Source: Trichoplax adhaerens
Taxonomy: Eukaryota; Animalia; Placozoa
Length of the DNA stretch: 64,000 bases
Direction of reading: 5' to 3'
NCBI RefSeq assembly: GCF_000150275.1
Contig: NW_002060950.1
Location: 1,290,106 to 1,354,105, forward strand
Shown here: positions 27,551 to 40,407 of the stretch, piece by piece
Layout of the letters: the number at the start of each line of letters is the position of its first letter
Numbering within the stretch: the first letter of the stretch is position 1
The notes under the pieces: model-generated
What the model saw: the letters and a program-made list of their open reading frames with translations, nothing else
Told to the model about the DNA's origin: nothing
Databases searched by the model: none
Position numbers and translations under genes: made by a program

Positions 27551-28844
27551 AAGTGTATGGGTTCTTCACCGTAAGTTTGCAATCCGACAACTCCAAATTT
27601 TTCACTTACTTTATTAAGACATACAGGTCTTAACTCCTATGATCAGTGTATTTCCCTAGCACATGGCAACTATAATTAGCTGAAATCGTTACAGTCCTGT
27701 GCTGTATAACAGTCCAAGATTGCTATTTTGTTGGGCTTGTTGTGCTAACGCACAGATTAGGCATATGTTTTTGAGTCTAGGATGTCGACTCTACAGTACT
27801 TGCATCATGCATATGACATATTGTAATCCTTTTTATTCTACGTAATGTACCTACAGTATATGTTTTCCAGTTTAATAAGATTCAGATTAGACCTGCATAA
27901 TGTATATAGATAATGCTGTACGTACAAGAGATCTTATTGCTATAATTTGAATGATTTATTTATTTGTTTATTTCCAGACCGGTCGTTTATTGTCCATGAC
28001 AAAGCTCGAGCTCAATCATGGGGATGGACATTCTTTCGGGTCCGCCGGTACTACTTGAAGGCAGTAATTGTTGACTTAGAGTCCGTCAGTACCTACCTCC
28101 TATTTATGGAGTTCCATTAGGTCTAGTCATTGGTCTTTTTTGAATATCTATTCTTGCTAGAAATGCCCTGCTACTGTTGATTACTATCCCTATACAGTAC
28201 TGCCATTCTAGCTAATAGTAAACTTCTGCAATGGCATTAACGACTACGTCAAAAGAGCAAGAGAAAGTCGATGGCTTTTTACTGCACTGATGATACGGTA
28301 GTGATAGTCTGGCAGGACAGTCACTGCAGTCGCTTTAAGGGAAAAGAATGGGTTTGTATTTGCTATTAGGTCATGTCCAATCCTGTTTCGCTGGAATGAG
28401 TGTAATAATGCGAGTCAATGTACATGCAAATATCGAGCAAAATAAATTGTGTAGAATTTACCGGAGAAAAGTTGCAAAATTGGCCTTTTAACTGGACAGC
28501 AGTCCGGTCTATTATGATTGATGAACAGATTCTTTCTCTACTAAGTCAACTTGCGGCTGTACTGTAATGAATGCAATTGAATCAAACAAGCTATACGATA
28601 ACTACGGTGGCCGTGGATTGTGGACCATCGTACGATAGGGTAGACGAGTACAGTAGTTGAAAGTATTGCAATCCTGTCATTTAAATTAAAGTCAAATTGT
28701 CGTCCACTGTGCAAGTGTGCAGCTGGATCGTTCATTTTCCTTCCTGGATGATGTTTATGCAGGCCTGATTCTGTCTGTCTGCACGTGCTGCCTCAGAACA
28801 GCGCAGTCTCCCTAGGGGTTAACAAGGCATTCTTGACTTCTACC

Positions 28845-30110
28845 ATACAGTACACTGCCGTAGAATCCAATACTGTACTGTACAGTCCAAATACCGATGA
28901 TTGTACTGTAGATTACGGTCCATTGACGGACTGGACACTGTAGAGTACGGTACACGGGTACAGTACAGTACAGTATTGATTTTTGAGTCATTGGAGTGAT
29001 TTTATGATGTACTGTACACTGTAGACACCGCGTACTTTACTGTTCAGTACTGTACTCATGCATTTGTTGTTTCATTGCTAACAGCGAGCGAGTGGGAAAC
29101 TAACTTCTCGGATGCTATACTGTACAGTGTACAGTGTACAGTATAATGGCATTCACTTTGATCTTCCACTACTCAACAACCTACAGTACTGTACAGTATT
29201 GACTGTGCTAGACTCTCCCATCGCCGCGATGAATCATCCATCATTGTCGTCCCAGTCGAGTTCACAGAAACCTATCATGATTCATGTAGAATCCATGGTT
29301 AAGCTCTGTGGCATGCAACTTGGACGTGATTGATCCATGGAGACTGGAAAAACTGAACGATTGGGGAGAAGAAAAGTCGCTTTTACAGTAGTCTAATAAG
29401 AGTCGAAAGAGGTGGCCAGGGCACGGCGTTCAGGTCACGTGGTGTAGACTGGTGTCAACGTTGGGTGCATGATCACACCAGGTCACACCCATAAAAGCGT
29501 TGAAGCTTTTTTATTCTATTTATTACTATTTATTATTACCCGGAGAATCACGCTATTCAGTTGTCATAGTGTACAGTACTTTCATTCGGTGAAATTCATG
29601 GTACCGAGTCCAGTCTATTACTGTACACTGTAGTATACAGTGCAGGACTGGAAATTGCAAATTGGTCATGACTGTCGACGTTGATCAACTCTCCTACAAA
29701 TTGCAAATTGGTGATGACAGTTCACGTTGATCAACTCTCATGCAGTACTGTACTGTACTGTATGTGAATTGAAATTGGTCAAGACATTTCACATTGATCA
29801 ACTCTTATGCAGTACTGTATGTGAATTGAAATTGGTCATGACAGTTTCAGGTTGATCAACTCCCATACTGTATTGTATGGGAATTGAAATGGGTCATGAC
29901 AGTGGATCAACTCCTACAGTATACAGTACTGTACTGTACTGTATACTGTACTGTACTGTACAGTACACTGTCTACAGTGTACAGTACACTGTCTACAGTG
30001 TACAGTACTTTGTACTGGAGTGGAGACGGTCAGGTTCCAGTACAGTACTGTACAGTGTAATGGAGCTATACATTATAGTACTGTAGTGTACTGGACGCGG
30101 AGTACTGTAC
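28845..30110. repeat. Dispersed TACTG/TACAG low-complexity motif field
   Basis: Numerous TACTGTAC/GTACAGTA motifs in both orientations, densest at 29917-30110. Confidence 0.8.
29652..29916. repeat. Five-unit minisatellite (~45-70 bp) upstream of CERS1
   Basis: Recurrent AATTG(C)AAATTGGTCATGAC...GTTGATCAACTC, with variable TACTG spacers. Confidence 0.85.
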
Positions 30111-30178
30111 GGTGGCGTTCTCTTCAACATAAGAGGGCAAATTGGCAAAAGCAATTTATTTTCCCCCCCCCAGTCAAC

Positions 30179-33100
30179 ATGGCGTTTGTCGATTATGCCG
30201 CTGAAGATGTAACTCGATTATTACCTCCCCATAATGATCATCCGACATTTTTAACTTTAATACCGGATACTTACACTTCATGGATGGCCACCAGAGCATC
30301 ACGCCTAACTCCTTCAGGTCAATGGAAAAATGGTTATCTCGTCGAGCTATTCCATCACTTCAACATGACTGCCTTCGAAGCTCAACTGGTTATTTTAGTA
30401 GCAGTGCTTTTAACCCTTGCTCGCTACTGGATCACCAAGTTTATTGCCTTTGTAAGTACAATATGTCATGTTGAAGAAGGGAATGTCCTATGCAAGTAGT
30501 CCAAGGAGTGCATGATAGCCAACCTATTGCATCAACACAAGTAGTATAACTCTCCACAGTAATGGATGATTGTAGGCGACCTTTCCACTAAACGTCTCTA
30601 TCTCTACTAGCTTGATCGATGTGCCTACCAAAATGCATCCTGTTTATTGCATACCATACACTGTATTGTATGACATGAATGATACCATCTATCAACTCAC
30701 TACTCTCTTCAACTAATATAAACGGTGAGTCCAGTCAACAGCTCATACTGGATTCCACTCGACAGTCTAACTTTCGCTGCAGTTTCAAGATGATTTTCAA
30801 TCATGAAGCGCTCCTTTTAGCCCACTTTACTATCAGTAATCCTTAATACAACATGACTCCTTTCAATAGGACTGAGGAGAGGCAAGTTTACATTCAAATA
30901 CCATCATTACTTCATTAAATGATTGATATCAAAAGGTACCTTTCAAATCTCAAGTGGTGTACAATGTTGACTCCAATCATGCTTGCTTGAATGGCACTCG
31001 TTTTCATCACCGACAACAAACGCAATCCATAGCGTACTCTTGCATGCATTTCTACATGGTAGATTGTAGGAGTTGTACAGTGTCCACCCATAATCACTCT
31101 GCTAGTTGTATTTGGATTGCCTGCCATAGGTGAACGATGCCAAATGAAATGGGCAATTCAGGGTTGACCGCGTGCATCATTTCATGCATAAAAGTTGCGT
31201 ACAACCATTAGCATTGGCATGGCGACGTTTGCACTTTCATGACTGCATCTACAACAAAACAATCCTACTCAACATTTGGAGTACCATGAATGAAACATTG
31301 GTGATGATGCAAAAGCATTCAAAAGTGTCCATCACACACTATACAAAGATAGTATAGTAAAGTAGGATGCATGTCTTCAGATCGGCTAGTAGACTTTTCC
31401 ATGACAAGTTCAAATAACATCCAGCGATCATGGATTGCAATCCCCTTTAGCTTACAATAGTGACTGTAAATAGAACCTTTTCTATCAACTACAATATTTC
31501 AATCCAACGCTTTTTGTTCATACACATCTGCTTTAGTTAACCCTTTACTGTGCCATCATGTCAGTAACATCAAAGCAAACATGCCAATACTACACATAGA
31601 TCAAACGACATCTTTCCAATAGACGTCATAACTCATGAAATAAGTGCTTCCAATCGCTGCAACAACGTCGCTTCGTCACCAACAAAAGTGATCATTGTTA
31701 TCAACATGATGTTGGATAACTGCCGCTACGAGTTGAATTCTCATTGTCGATGCTGTGATAGTCCACCACTTTTGGCCTTCAATAACATAATGTCAACGGT
31801 TACTCATGACCATGTTGATCAACCATTTTCTACCCTACTGTATGTGCCCATCACATTATGCAATCTATTTTCATCATCGACCAATATGAAATAGAAATGA
31901 TTATCATTGTCTTTCATTGAAATTGTTCATTGATAATATTGAAAATACTAATTGAAAAGTACAATTTGAAAAGCCTCCAGTTTATGTATTTTTATGTATT
32001 ATTTTCTCACTAATGCTATATTCTCTATTTTTTTCCCCTCCCTGCGTATAGCCGCTAGCCAACTGGTTAAAGTTAAGTAATCTTAATCGAAGAAAATTTC
32101 CTGAAAGCTTTTGGAAATTTTTTTTTTACTTATTTTCATGGTCTTACTGTTATCACGTTGTATTCCATGCCGGTTATTCTATCTTTACGGATTCCAAGAC
32201 TTGCTTTCAAAGTAAGATGATCGATCTAAATGCAGTACAAACTTTGTCTTACACGTCCCTATGCAATATTGGTTACAATTAATTGCAATGATGGCACAAT
32301 CTCAACATCTTGAGATTGTGTCGCATTTGCAGTGCAATTACTTCTCGCCAAGATTGTAAACGAGACGGTTTCATCTGAAGTGAATGGTTGATAAATAAAT
32401 ATAATTTGAACAGTCAACTATTTCTTTCATCGTTGACTCTACATCGGATAAGCAGTACAGTACAGATCTTGCCAAGAAATTGAATGAATTCTTGTGTACC
32501 GTCAAATGATTTGGGGGTGATCAGCAGTACAGGATTACCTTCGTTACCCAGCTGTTCTTGTACAGTCTTGGCTTAACATACTGCTTGAATAGATAAATTA
32601 GCGTATTAAGAATAGTTTGAGCAAAAGCCATCGTCTCTAGTCAAACTTTTGGTACTGTATTCATTGCTTATTGTAGGACTTTACAGTCTGATGAAATTCT
32701 GGTAAACGTATCCACTATTGGATATTAACGCTTTTGTGACTTGCACCTTTTTTTTATTTATTTACTTTTCATTTTGTCGTTAATTAACGGATAGCAACTC
32801 AATATGGTACTATACAACGATAATTTTAGCCAAGTAACCCGCATCGATTCCTTTTAACCAATTGTTAGTTCAGCTTTGTTCGGTGTCTAATTACATTAAT
32901 CAGTGCCATATTTATCATGGATGTAGACTATGATCCTCAAGCTCTGCCCAAAGTGGATATTCTCATGGTATACTTGATTCAAGGTTCTTTCTACATCCAC
33001 TCTCTGTACGCCACATTGTACATGGATGAGAGACGCAAAGATACGTGGATGATGATTCTACATCATATCTTAACCGATACCTTGATTGGATTCTCTCATG

Positions 33101-34210
33101 CTTTCAGGTACAAAACATGATTATAATCAGTGCTTAATTCTCAGTATAGAGTATTTTAGTGGTAAATTGATTGTTTACTTTCGCCATATAGCAATAGAAT
33201 GAATAGAGTTATTAGATGATGGCTCAAACAATGGTCTTTAAGAACGTTAACGGTTCAATAATCATAACTGATTCCAGTACTTTTTGTTTTACTCAACGCG
33301 TGCATTCATGTCACTGAGCCAATGATAGAAATATTGCTAAAAGCTCGATAATTCATGTGACACATTGTAAACTGACTTGAATTAAAATCCTTCCAATAAA
33401 ATGTTGCTATTGAACTTATCATATGTTTTCCCACATTTTCTCCTTTAGATATCATAATGCTGGAGTACTGATCATTTTCACTCATGATGTAACCGACATT
33501 TGCCTCGAGTTTGCCAAATTAATGCAATACTTAAAGTTACGCGATGGCAAAATCCACCAGCTATTCGAGTACCTTTCCAATTTTGGATTTGTCATATTTG
33601 CCATTACATGGTAACATTGATCATTAACCTGCTTACCAATTGCTACATGTTCTGTAAATTCAATATAGACGCTAGTTGTAAGTAAACTGATCAAGTGAAT
33701 TAGAGTTTATTAAACCATTTAATGATGGCATTATCCTTTAGGGTTGTATTCAGACTGTATTGGTTCCCTCTTAAAGCCTTACACACCGTAGGTCACTCGG
33801 CTGCCTATTTTGCACCTACTGCGCCTTGTATGCCAACTTTTGTAGTATTACTTTGGATTTTGTTCACAATGAATGTATACTGGTTCAGCTTTATATTTAC
33901 AAAATTCATCGGTGTGGTATTTAAGAATGAGAGAGAAATCCGGGATACACGGGAAGATGAAGGGGAAGAAATCCTCGATCTCCAAGAACATGTCAAAGAT
34001 GCCAAGAAGGTATGTTATATCGATATGGAAGTGAAGCACTAATTTCTTATTTTCATTTGCTGTTGATAGATAGAATAGATTTCACTTTAAACAATAAGAT
34101 TCATTTTGTCCTTTTTTTTGTCGCAATACTAGTTTCCTAAAGAGAAAACAGCAACAAATAATAATTCAAATCATACTAGCAAAAAAGATTCTGTCCGACG
34201 TCGCCATTAA
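30179..34210 (+). CDS. CERS1: Ceramide synthase, CerS1/Lag1 type (TLC domain, no Hox-like domain), 6 exons (~373 aa)
   Basis: Exons 30179-30451, 32052-32211, 32927-33107, 33449-33610, 33742-34009, 34133-34210; GT..AG, in phase, 1122 nt. KFPESFWKFFFY, Lag1p motif RRKD..MILHH...HDVTDICLEFAK, FRLYWFPLK and IRDTREDE. The last exon is the least certain. Confidence 0.92.
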
Positions 34211-35091
34211 CAACATTTTACATTGATATACGTTGTGATTCTTTTATGCTAGCACTGTATTTAAATTGAGTTACCATTTTACTCTGCTGTCAATCACAAC
34301 ATTGGTCACCTAATTGTCATTATTTGTCAATGAAGTATATGCCATGGTGTACATATAGCATTTCTTTAGGAAATATCGATTTCTAGACCTTTCGTAGATA
34401 CTTAAATGATAGTAGCATTAGCATCTAATATAAAGCATTCATTTGCTTCTGTCTTAATTAATTTTGCATCCGAGCCATGTACCTATGTCATATTTTTCAT
34501 GTGTAATTTATTCGATCGCGCACATGTTAGTGCTTTGTCTATATCCCTCTTTAAATTATCTTGGACGATTACTTTACGACGGGTGGACTTTTTAATACTA
34601 TATCGAACTAAAATATGCTTGCTATTTTGCTATAAGGCAGATGGTAAACTTAGATCTGTACTTATAAAGACAATGATTTGACCAACTAATTATTTACCTT
34701 TAAACGTTTGCGGTGTTTGATAGTATCTTCAAGGTAGATATGTTAATGTTTGACTAGAAATACTTTTGCACGATCTTATTCGTTATTTGTACCACATAAA
34801 AGTTGCTCTGATTTAGTACGTTATTGCCTTTGATAATATCATTTTTATGGATATTAATAATTATTATTATCATTGATTGAACTCCTGTTCAAATATCGGT
34901 GAGATGCAAATTCACTTTATATCACTGCTTTAGTGAAATTCGATCATCTTTCTTAACCCATCTAATTTTACTGCCGGTATGATGTTCCGTTCAAAATAAA
35001 TGATCAGGCCTTCCTTAAATATTCTAGTAACGTTATAATTTAATATACTATTGGATAATTAAAGTTTCATTTCAAGATATACGTAGAATAG

Positions 35092-36075
35092 CGTAAACTC
35101 GCACCTTACAGTCAACCTTCTCAGTTATCAATGGATACTGAAAAGCATCTCGATACACAAAACTTATTCTGTTCAATTTCCTTTCATAGATATCTAACTA
35201 CTATGAAAGGATTTCCCAACCTGGATAGACCATCACTTAATGTAGACACATTTAAAATTTGGCTTAGATGTCCATTTATTAAATGATCTACGATGTCCAT
35301 TGTCCAGACAGGATCGCGCAATGATGATTCTTTTAAATTCCCTGATGAACTGAAAGGCAAATCGATGTTTATTAATCTCTAGTATAAACAACGACATGAG
35401 GACAGTGACCGTAAATACAATCTTGATCTAAAAATTACAACGTACCCTATTTCCGACATGATGTACATGCAAGATTTGAGGGAAGAACGAGTAAGAATAA
35501 TTTCAGCAACCCCTGTCCTTTGATAACATAAACATCTCAAATTTATAACATGAATCCAAGGATAAGCAATCACTGCTGTACCGTATTGTAGATGTTATTA
35601 ATATGCATATTCAACTTATCGTGAAACGCAGTATTGGATTAGTAAACCGACAATTAGTACTAATATTGAGATGAAGATCATCTCAACGCTTTGTGCAGAA
35701 GACTTCCTTACTAGTAGAATAATTAACAACTACTTTCGTAATTCTATGATCAAGCCACCGGCAAGGATCACATATCCCAATTTTTAATTATGAACAGTTG
35801 ATTACTTAATTACTACGATGGAATCAATCTCATTGGCTTATAATCTACATCCATGGTGAAATGATAATAGTTGATTTTGTAGGAAAATTGAATGATATTA
35901 ATATCTGGTATGATTACGAATTTATCATGAAAGCTCAATGATCAAAAGCGGTATTCGGAGATTTTTGGATCTTGCACGTCGATACTAGTTCAATCATTCA
36001 AAAAATTTCTGATCGAACTAGTTTCGGCGTAGGCAGTTGTCAAAGACTAGCAGTATGTAGATATCTGTGTGCTTA
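35092..36075 (+). pseudogene. Possible decayed coding region of unknown family
   Basis: One frame runs 35092-35523 with only two internal stops and is open again 35602-35784, which is unusual for DNA this AT-rich. No family recognised. Confidence 0.3.
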
Positions 36076-36530
36076 ATCAGTACCTACCTATTGGTAAACT
36101 TAACATCATCAGTAGTTATTAGATATTCAAAACATTTCTTGCAGAACTACTGAAAGATACAGATAGGCGTAAAGAATTAGTAGAGGGCTGAATACCTTAT
36201 TGAGTATGGGTTCGTCTAAGATTAATCGGTACTTATTGATAAATTCATCATCACGAATCAAAAACCAATTAAAATCAATCTCCTTAATTACTATATGTGT
36301 GTGTTATATACATATGTATCAATGCCGTATTGATTAGGAGTACTGTATGTCTAAGATCAATCAAAGCTTATCGATTGAACTCATCATCGCCAATCAAAAT
36401 AGATTACCATAATTACTACTGCATATACTGGGCATATACATCAATTTCGTATTGGGTAGGAGTACGTCTACGATTAATCAGTGCTTATTGATAAACTCAT
36501 CGTCATGCATTAAAATAGAATACTTTAATT
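36060..36530. repeat. Degenerate ~130-bp tandem repeat, 3-4 units
   Basis: Recurrent GTCTAAGATTAATC...CTTATTGATAAACTCATCATC...AATCAAAA near 36215, 36350 and 36465, with a weaker copy near 36070. Confidence 0.65.
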
Positions 36531-38353
36531 CCTGTACATTAAAACTTACTTAAAATCCAATTATCACACAGTGCTTGCTTTATAGAATTTACAACTTGTA
36601 TGTCATATTTAAAACATTGCTCTATTTGATCAGAAATGTTCATCTGATAACTAAAACAATCTATTAGTACTTTTACTCCTACTTCATTTCTACGACGTGC
36701 ATAGTAAATCTATGTACTGATTATTTAAATCAAAGCAAACTTATGAGCATTCCTAAATCAATACAATAATTACTATGACTAGATACAGAACAAAATTACT
36801 TAGTATATTCATTTATCTATTTTGCATGCAAGCTAAATAAATCTCTTCTGATATAAGAATTTCTAACATGGAAAATTGGCTAATTGATAACCGCAATATA
36901 AAGTCGATCTTAATAGAATTTTAAAATTCTATTTCTACTACGCTACTATTTTTTGTTTATACAATAATTGACTCTAAGACGTAATATTTTTACGTTGATT
37001 TCCTCCCTTCTTACGTCAAACATTAGTAAAAATAGAAATAAAGATCTTGATTCGCAAAATAGCGAGCCTTCGGTAATTAATTTGTACGAGTATGACTACG
37101 TTTTCCTTACTGTGTTGAGTCGTACATGTATAGCAATAAGGCTTGAAAGAGGCAGTATACGAATATTGGTCGTAGGTTATAGGTTGTATTTGAATACTTG
37201 CTTGCGAGTTTGAAGTAAATTCAACGACAATAATATTACTTACAGTCAGCCTAAACAGATACCATGTTGTTGCGAAACTTAATAGAAACAATTAATTATT
37301 AGTATACTTTAATAGTGTAGACGTAACTATGTGATGAATACTTTGATCCTGAAATATTTTTTTGGATAAAAAGCTTAGAAAAACTAAAATAAGCAGGATT
37401 ACTTGCTTACATACTTATTGGTGCTAGAAACTTTAAATTAGAAGCAACGATAACAAAATAACTTGATTATTTAACTTGTGTACGTGTCGACAATTTTCTA
37501 TATGATTGGGATCTTTACCGAAACAAAGCGTAACTGTTATGGAAATAACGGACAGCCTTAGATTTGGCTTTCAACTTTATATCTATTTCATAATAATCCT
37601 AAATCATGCTTTAGAGCCAAGTAGCTCAAAAATATCCTTTACCCTGAAAAGATTAGTGTGTTACTAATCGCATCGAAACTAAAGAATAACATCTGGAAAA
37701 TGCAACCTTTTAAATATTTATTGATAAATGGATAAAGTAAATTAAATATACATAGGCACAAGTATATCTCATTTAGTACACACAACTATATTAAGTGACT
37801 GAATCCCTTCAGTAAGATATAACTTAGCAATTGGTCGTAATCGCAATGATACTCTAATTTAATAGCAGCTAGCTAGAATAAATTTTACTTTGCATATTAT
37901 AATTCACCAGCAGTAATTAGAGTTATTAAAGGTGATCTATTGTAATCACATACTTTGTGATACATTATAGTGTAGCTTCTAAGAATAATAACAGCTCAAA
38001 TGATGGCGTACATTTTCGCTAGATGATATCTGTTATATTTTGTATTCTTTACATCAACATTACAATTACGAAGCGTACCAGTATTATGAAATTTTATGGA
38101 TAAAAGTATAGTGGATGCGTAGGTATATGGCCTATATATATATATTACGTATATATCAATGTTGCATAAATGAAACGCGGTAGTCTGAAAATGGTTATAA
38201 AATTATACTACTCTAAAAGTAGGTCTATTATGACAGAATAATTCATTTCTACTAATCCAAATAGATGGTCTGTTAGTAACAAATCAATACCGGTTCATTA
38301 TGTATGTCTAGTAAATAAATTTGCAAGTCCACTACTCATTTAAGCTAGGCAGG

Positions 38354-39433
38354 TTAAATATCTACTAACACTAAATTTTCTCTCTGATCGCCAGTGTCAT
38401 ATATAATATCAGTACTACATTTGTCGATCGCAGTAGATGATTTTGTTTGATTAAAATCCAACGTGGAAGCTGGTAAAGAGCAGCAACTAGGGATATACCT
38501 GAATATAATTTCATAGTAGGCTTTTCTAATACTTTTATAGATTACAGCATACACGAAGGGATTAACTGCACTATTCGCGTTTACTAAAAAACCAACAATG
38601 AAAAAGGCAACTGGAGGGACTGCTACACCACTTGGGGCTAAGATAAATACAACTATGGTATAGGGAAAGTAGCAAATAACAAATACTAAATATACGAAAA
38701 ACATCTTTTTGGTAATTTCGATTTCTTTTTTAATGGATTTGCGAAGTAAACTTCTATTCAGGCTATCTGGCTGGATTTTCTTAATATTAACCATGAATCT
38801 CTTAGCATTTCGTCTGATAAATATATATATACACAAATAACAGATTCCTAGTAGACTTAAAGGAATAATGGAATCAGTGATAAATGCATACATAACGTAG
38901 CTTCTGCCAGCTGGATACAGCCAATCTGGTAAGCATGCAGATTCAATTCGTTGGTAAACATATCGATTCCATCCGAGTACTGGCGAAAGACTGATCGCGA
39001 GGCTGTAAGTCCAAATGATAGCAACAGTTATCTTCACAACTCGAACAGTAATTTTTTTACCATAAGAATGAATGATGACTAAGTAACGGAATATAGCTGT
39101 AGCTAATAAGGAATAAATTGTCAATAAGTAAAGTAATATTTGCATAAATCCATCAAAGTCACAGAATGCCTTATAACGTATATGAAGATTTGTTAGCGTG
39201 CCCAATATAATAAAAGTATCTTTAAAAATTCCATTCAAAATATCAGTAATGGCTAAATTAATGATTAAGTAGTTTGTAGGAATTCTCAACGATTTTTCTC
39301 TATAGAAAGCTATCAAAACCAGCAAATTGCCAAGAATAGATATTACACCTATCACGGAGTAAGCAGCAACACGAATAGTTGCTAAGGATGTCGGCCCATA
39401 CTCAGGATACAAGCTGGAATTGTTACTAACCAT
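38354..39433 (-). CDS. Rhodopsin-class (opsin-like/placopsin-like) GPCR, single coding exon, 359 aa; Lys90/Asp113/Asn296 in bovine numbering
   Basis: LRIPTNY, NLAITD, FRY, GWNRY..CLPDW, CYFPY, NPFVY. Aligns by eye without gaps to bovine rhodopsin from N55 to Y136. A splice acceptor (tttcag on the minus strand) near 39470 suggests a 5'UTR intron. Confidence 0.94.
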   Translation of the reverse strand: MVSNNSSLYPEYGPTSLATIRVAAYSVIGVISILGNLLVLIAFYREKSLRIPTNYLIINLAITDILNGIFKDTFIILGTLTNLHIRYKAFCDFDGFMQILLYLLTIYSLLATAIFRYLVIIHSYGKKITVRVVKITVAIIWTYSLAISLSPVLGWNRYVYQRIESACLPDWLYPAGRSYVMYAFITDSIIPLSLLGICYLCIYIFIRRNAKRFMVNIKKIQPDSLNRSLLRKSIKKEIEITKKMFFVYLVFVICYFPYTIVVFILAPSGVAVPPVAFFIVGFLVNANSAVNPFVYAVIYKSIRKAYYEIIFRYIPSCCSLPASTLDFNQTKSSTAIDKCSTDIIYDTGDQRENLVLVDI

Positions 39434-39774
39434 TTCAGGATAATTTATTTGAGGCAGTAAGAGTTGATTCTGAAACTAAAAGAAATCAAGATGAAAACTT
39501 CAGTTGTATTTATTGCAAGTCAATAGAATTCATTATTTATTTAATCCAATTAAGTCATGAATATTTCCCAATAAACCTTAATTTTAGTCGAATTTTAACC
39601 ATATGCACTCAAAATTAAAATCGTTATAATAATAAAATTATGTACATGTAACATTTTAAGAGAGGAATTCCAATTGTAAATGCTAATGGTTGTACATAAT
39701 TCATCACTAGACATAGTTTTAATATTAGCTGCAGCTACAATAATATTCCGCGGTATGATTTACGTGATGCATGC

Positions 39775-40407
39775 TGTCACAAAACAGCTTTGCAACAAGA
39801 TAACGTAATCTACGATCAATAAGTCAATTCCTTGAACTACGTATCAAGGAACGATATCTGCACTATCACGAGCACTTTTGCTCTACTAGCAGACTACACA
39901 AAGACTTAAACGCCTCGTATTTTACGTTAAACACTAAGTTGGACAATTCTTCTTTATTTCACGATATACTGCATTTATATACTATTCCTCAATAGTTCAT
40001 GAGTCATAGTTAATACAATTAACATTAGAATCATTTACTGAATTAGATATTAATTTTAGCTACTGCTCTCTTAATGCAGACAACAGTATTTACGAACATA
40101 GACATGTAATAACTAATACAGAATAGTCAGATTACGATATGTCCTAGCACGGAACATTTCCATGATAATTTACAGTCTATCATAAGTAAATTACAATCAC
40201 AATGATTCGAACTGTAAGCAGATGATTTGCATTCCCTATTATAACTATTATAATTTCAGTATGTGTATAAGTGTCACTGTCATAAAAAGTCAGTGCTATA
40301 TTAAAATACAGTATATCCAAATTAGAAGTTAACTAAATAAGGATAGTCTAACAGAATTATCCTAACATAGTTATTTCTACTGTAATACAGTATTTAACAC
40401 TGTAACA
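39775..40407 (-). mobile_element. Solo-LTR-like element family A, copy 1 (633 bp), TSD CATGC
   Basis: Termini TGTCAC...GTAACA flanked by CATGC on both sides. Near-identical reverse complement of 47755-48385 and 56181-56807. Strand inferred from TATATAAA followed by AATAAA. Confidence 0.88.

Noticed and set aside
29112-30178. ORFs 29112-29333, 29877-30086 and the N-terminal extension of 30020-30499
   Set aside because: They are translations of the TACTG/TACAG repeats; the CERS1 start is better placed at 30179.
33482-34039. Antisense and alternate-frame ORFs over CERS1 (also 11627-11860 over the SDR)
   Set aside because: Shadows of real coding exons.
34211-37000. GDF1-like second cistron as in the vertebrate CERS1-GDF1 bicistronic locus
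   Set aside because: No TGF-beta cysteine-knot pattern or suitable ORF seen downstream.
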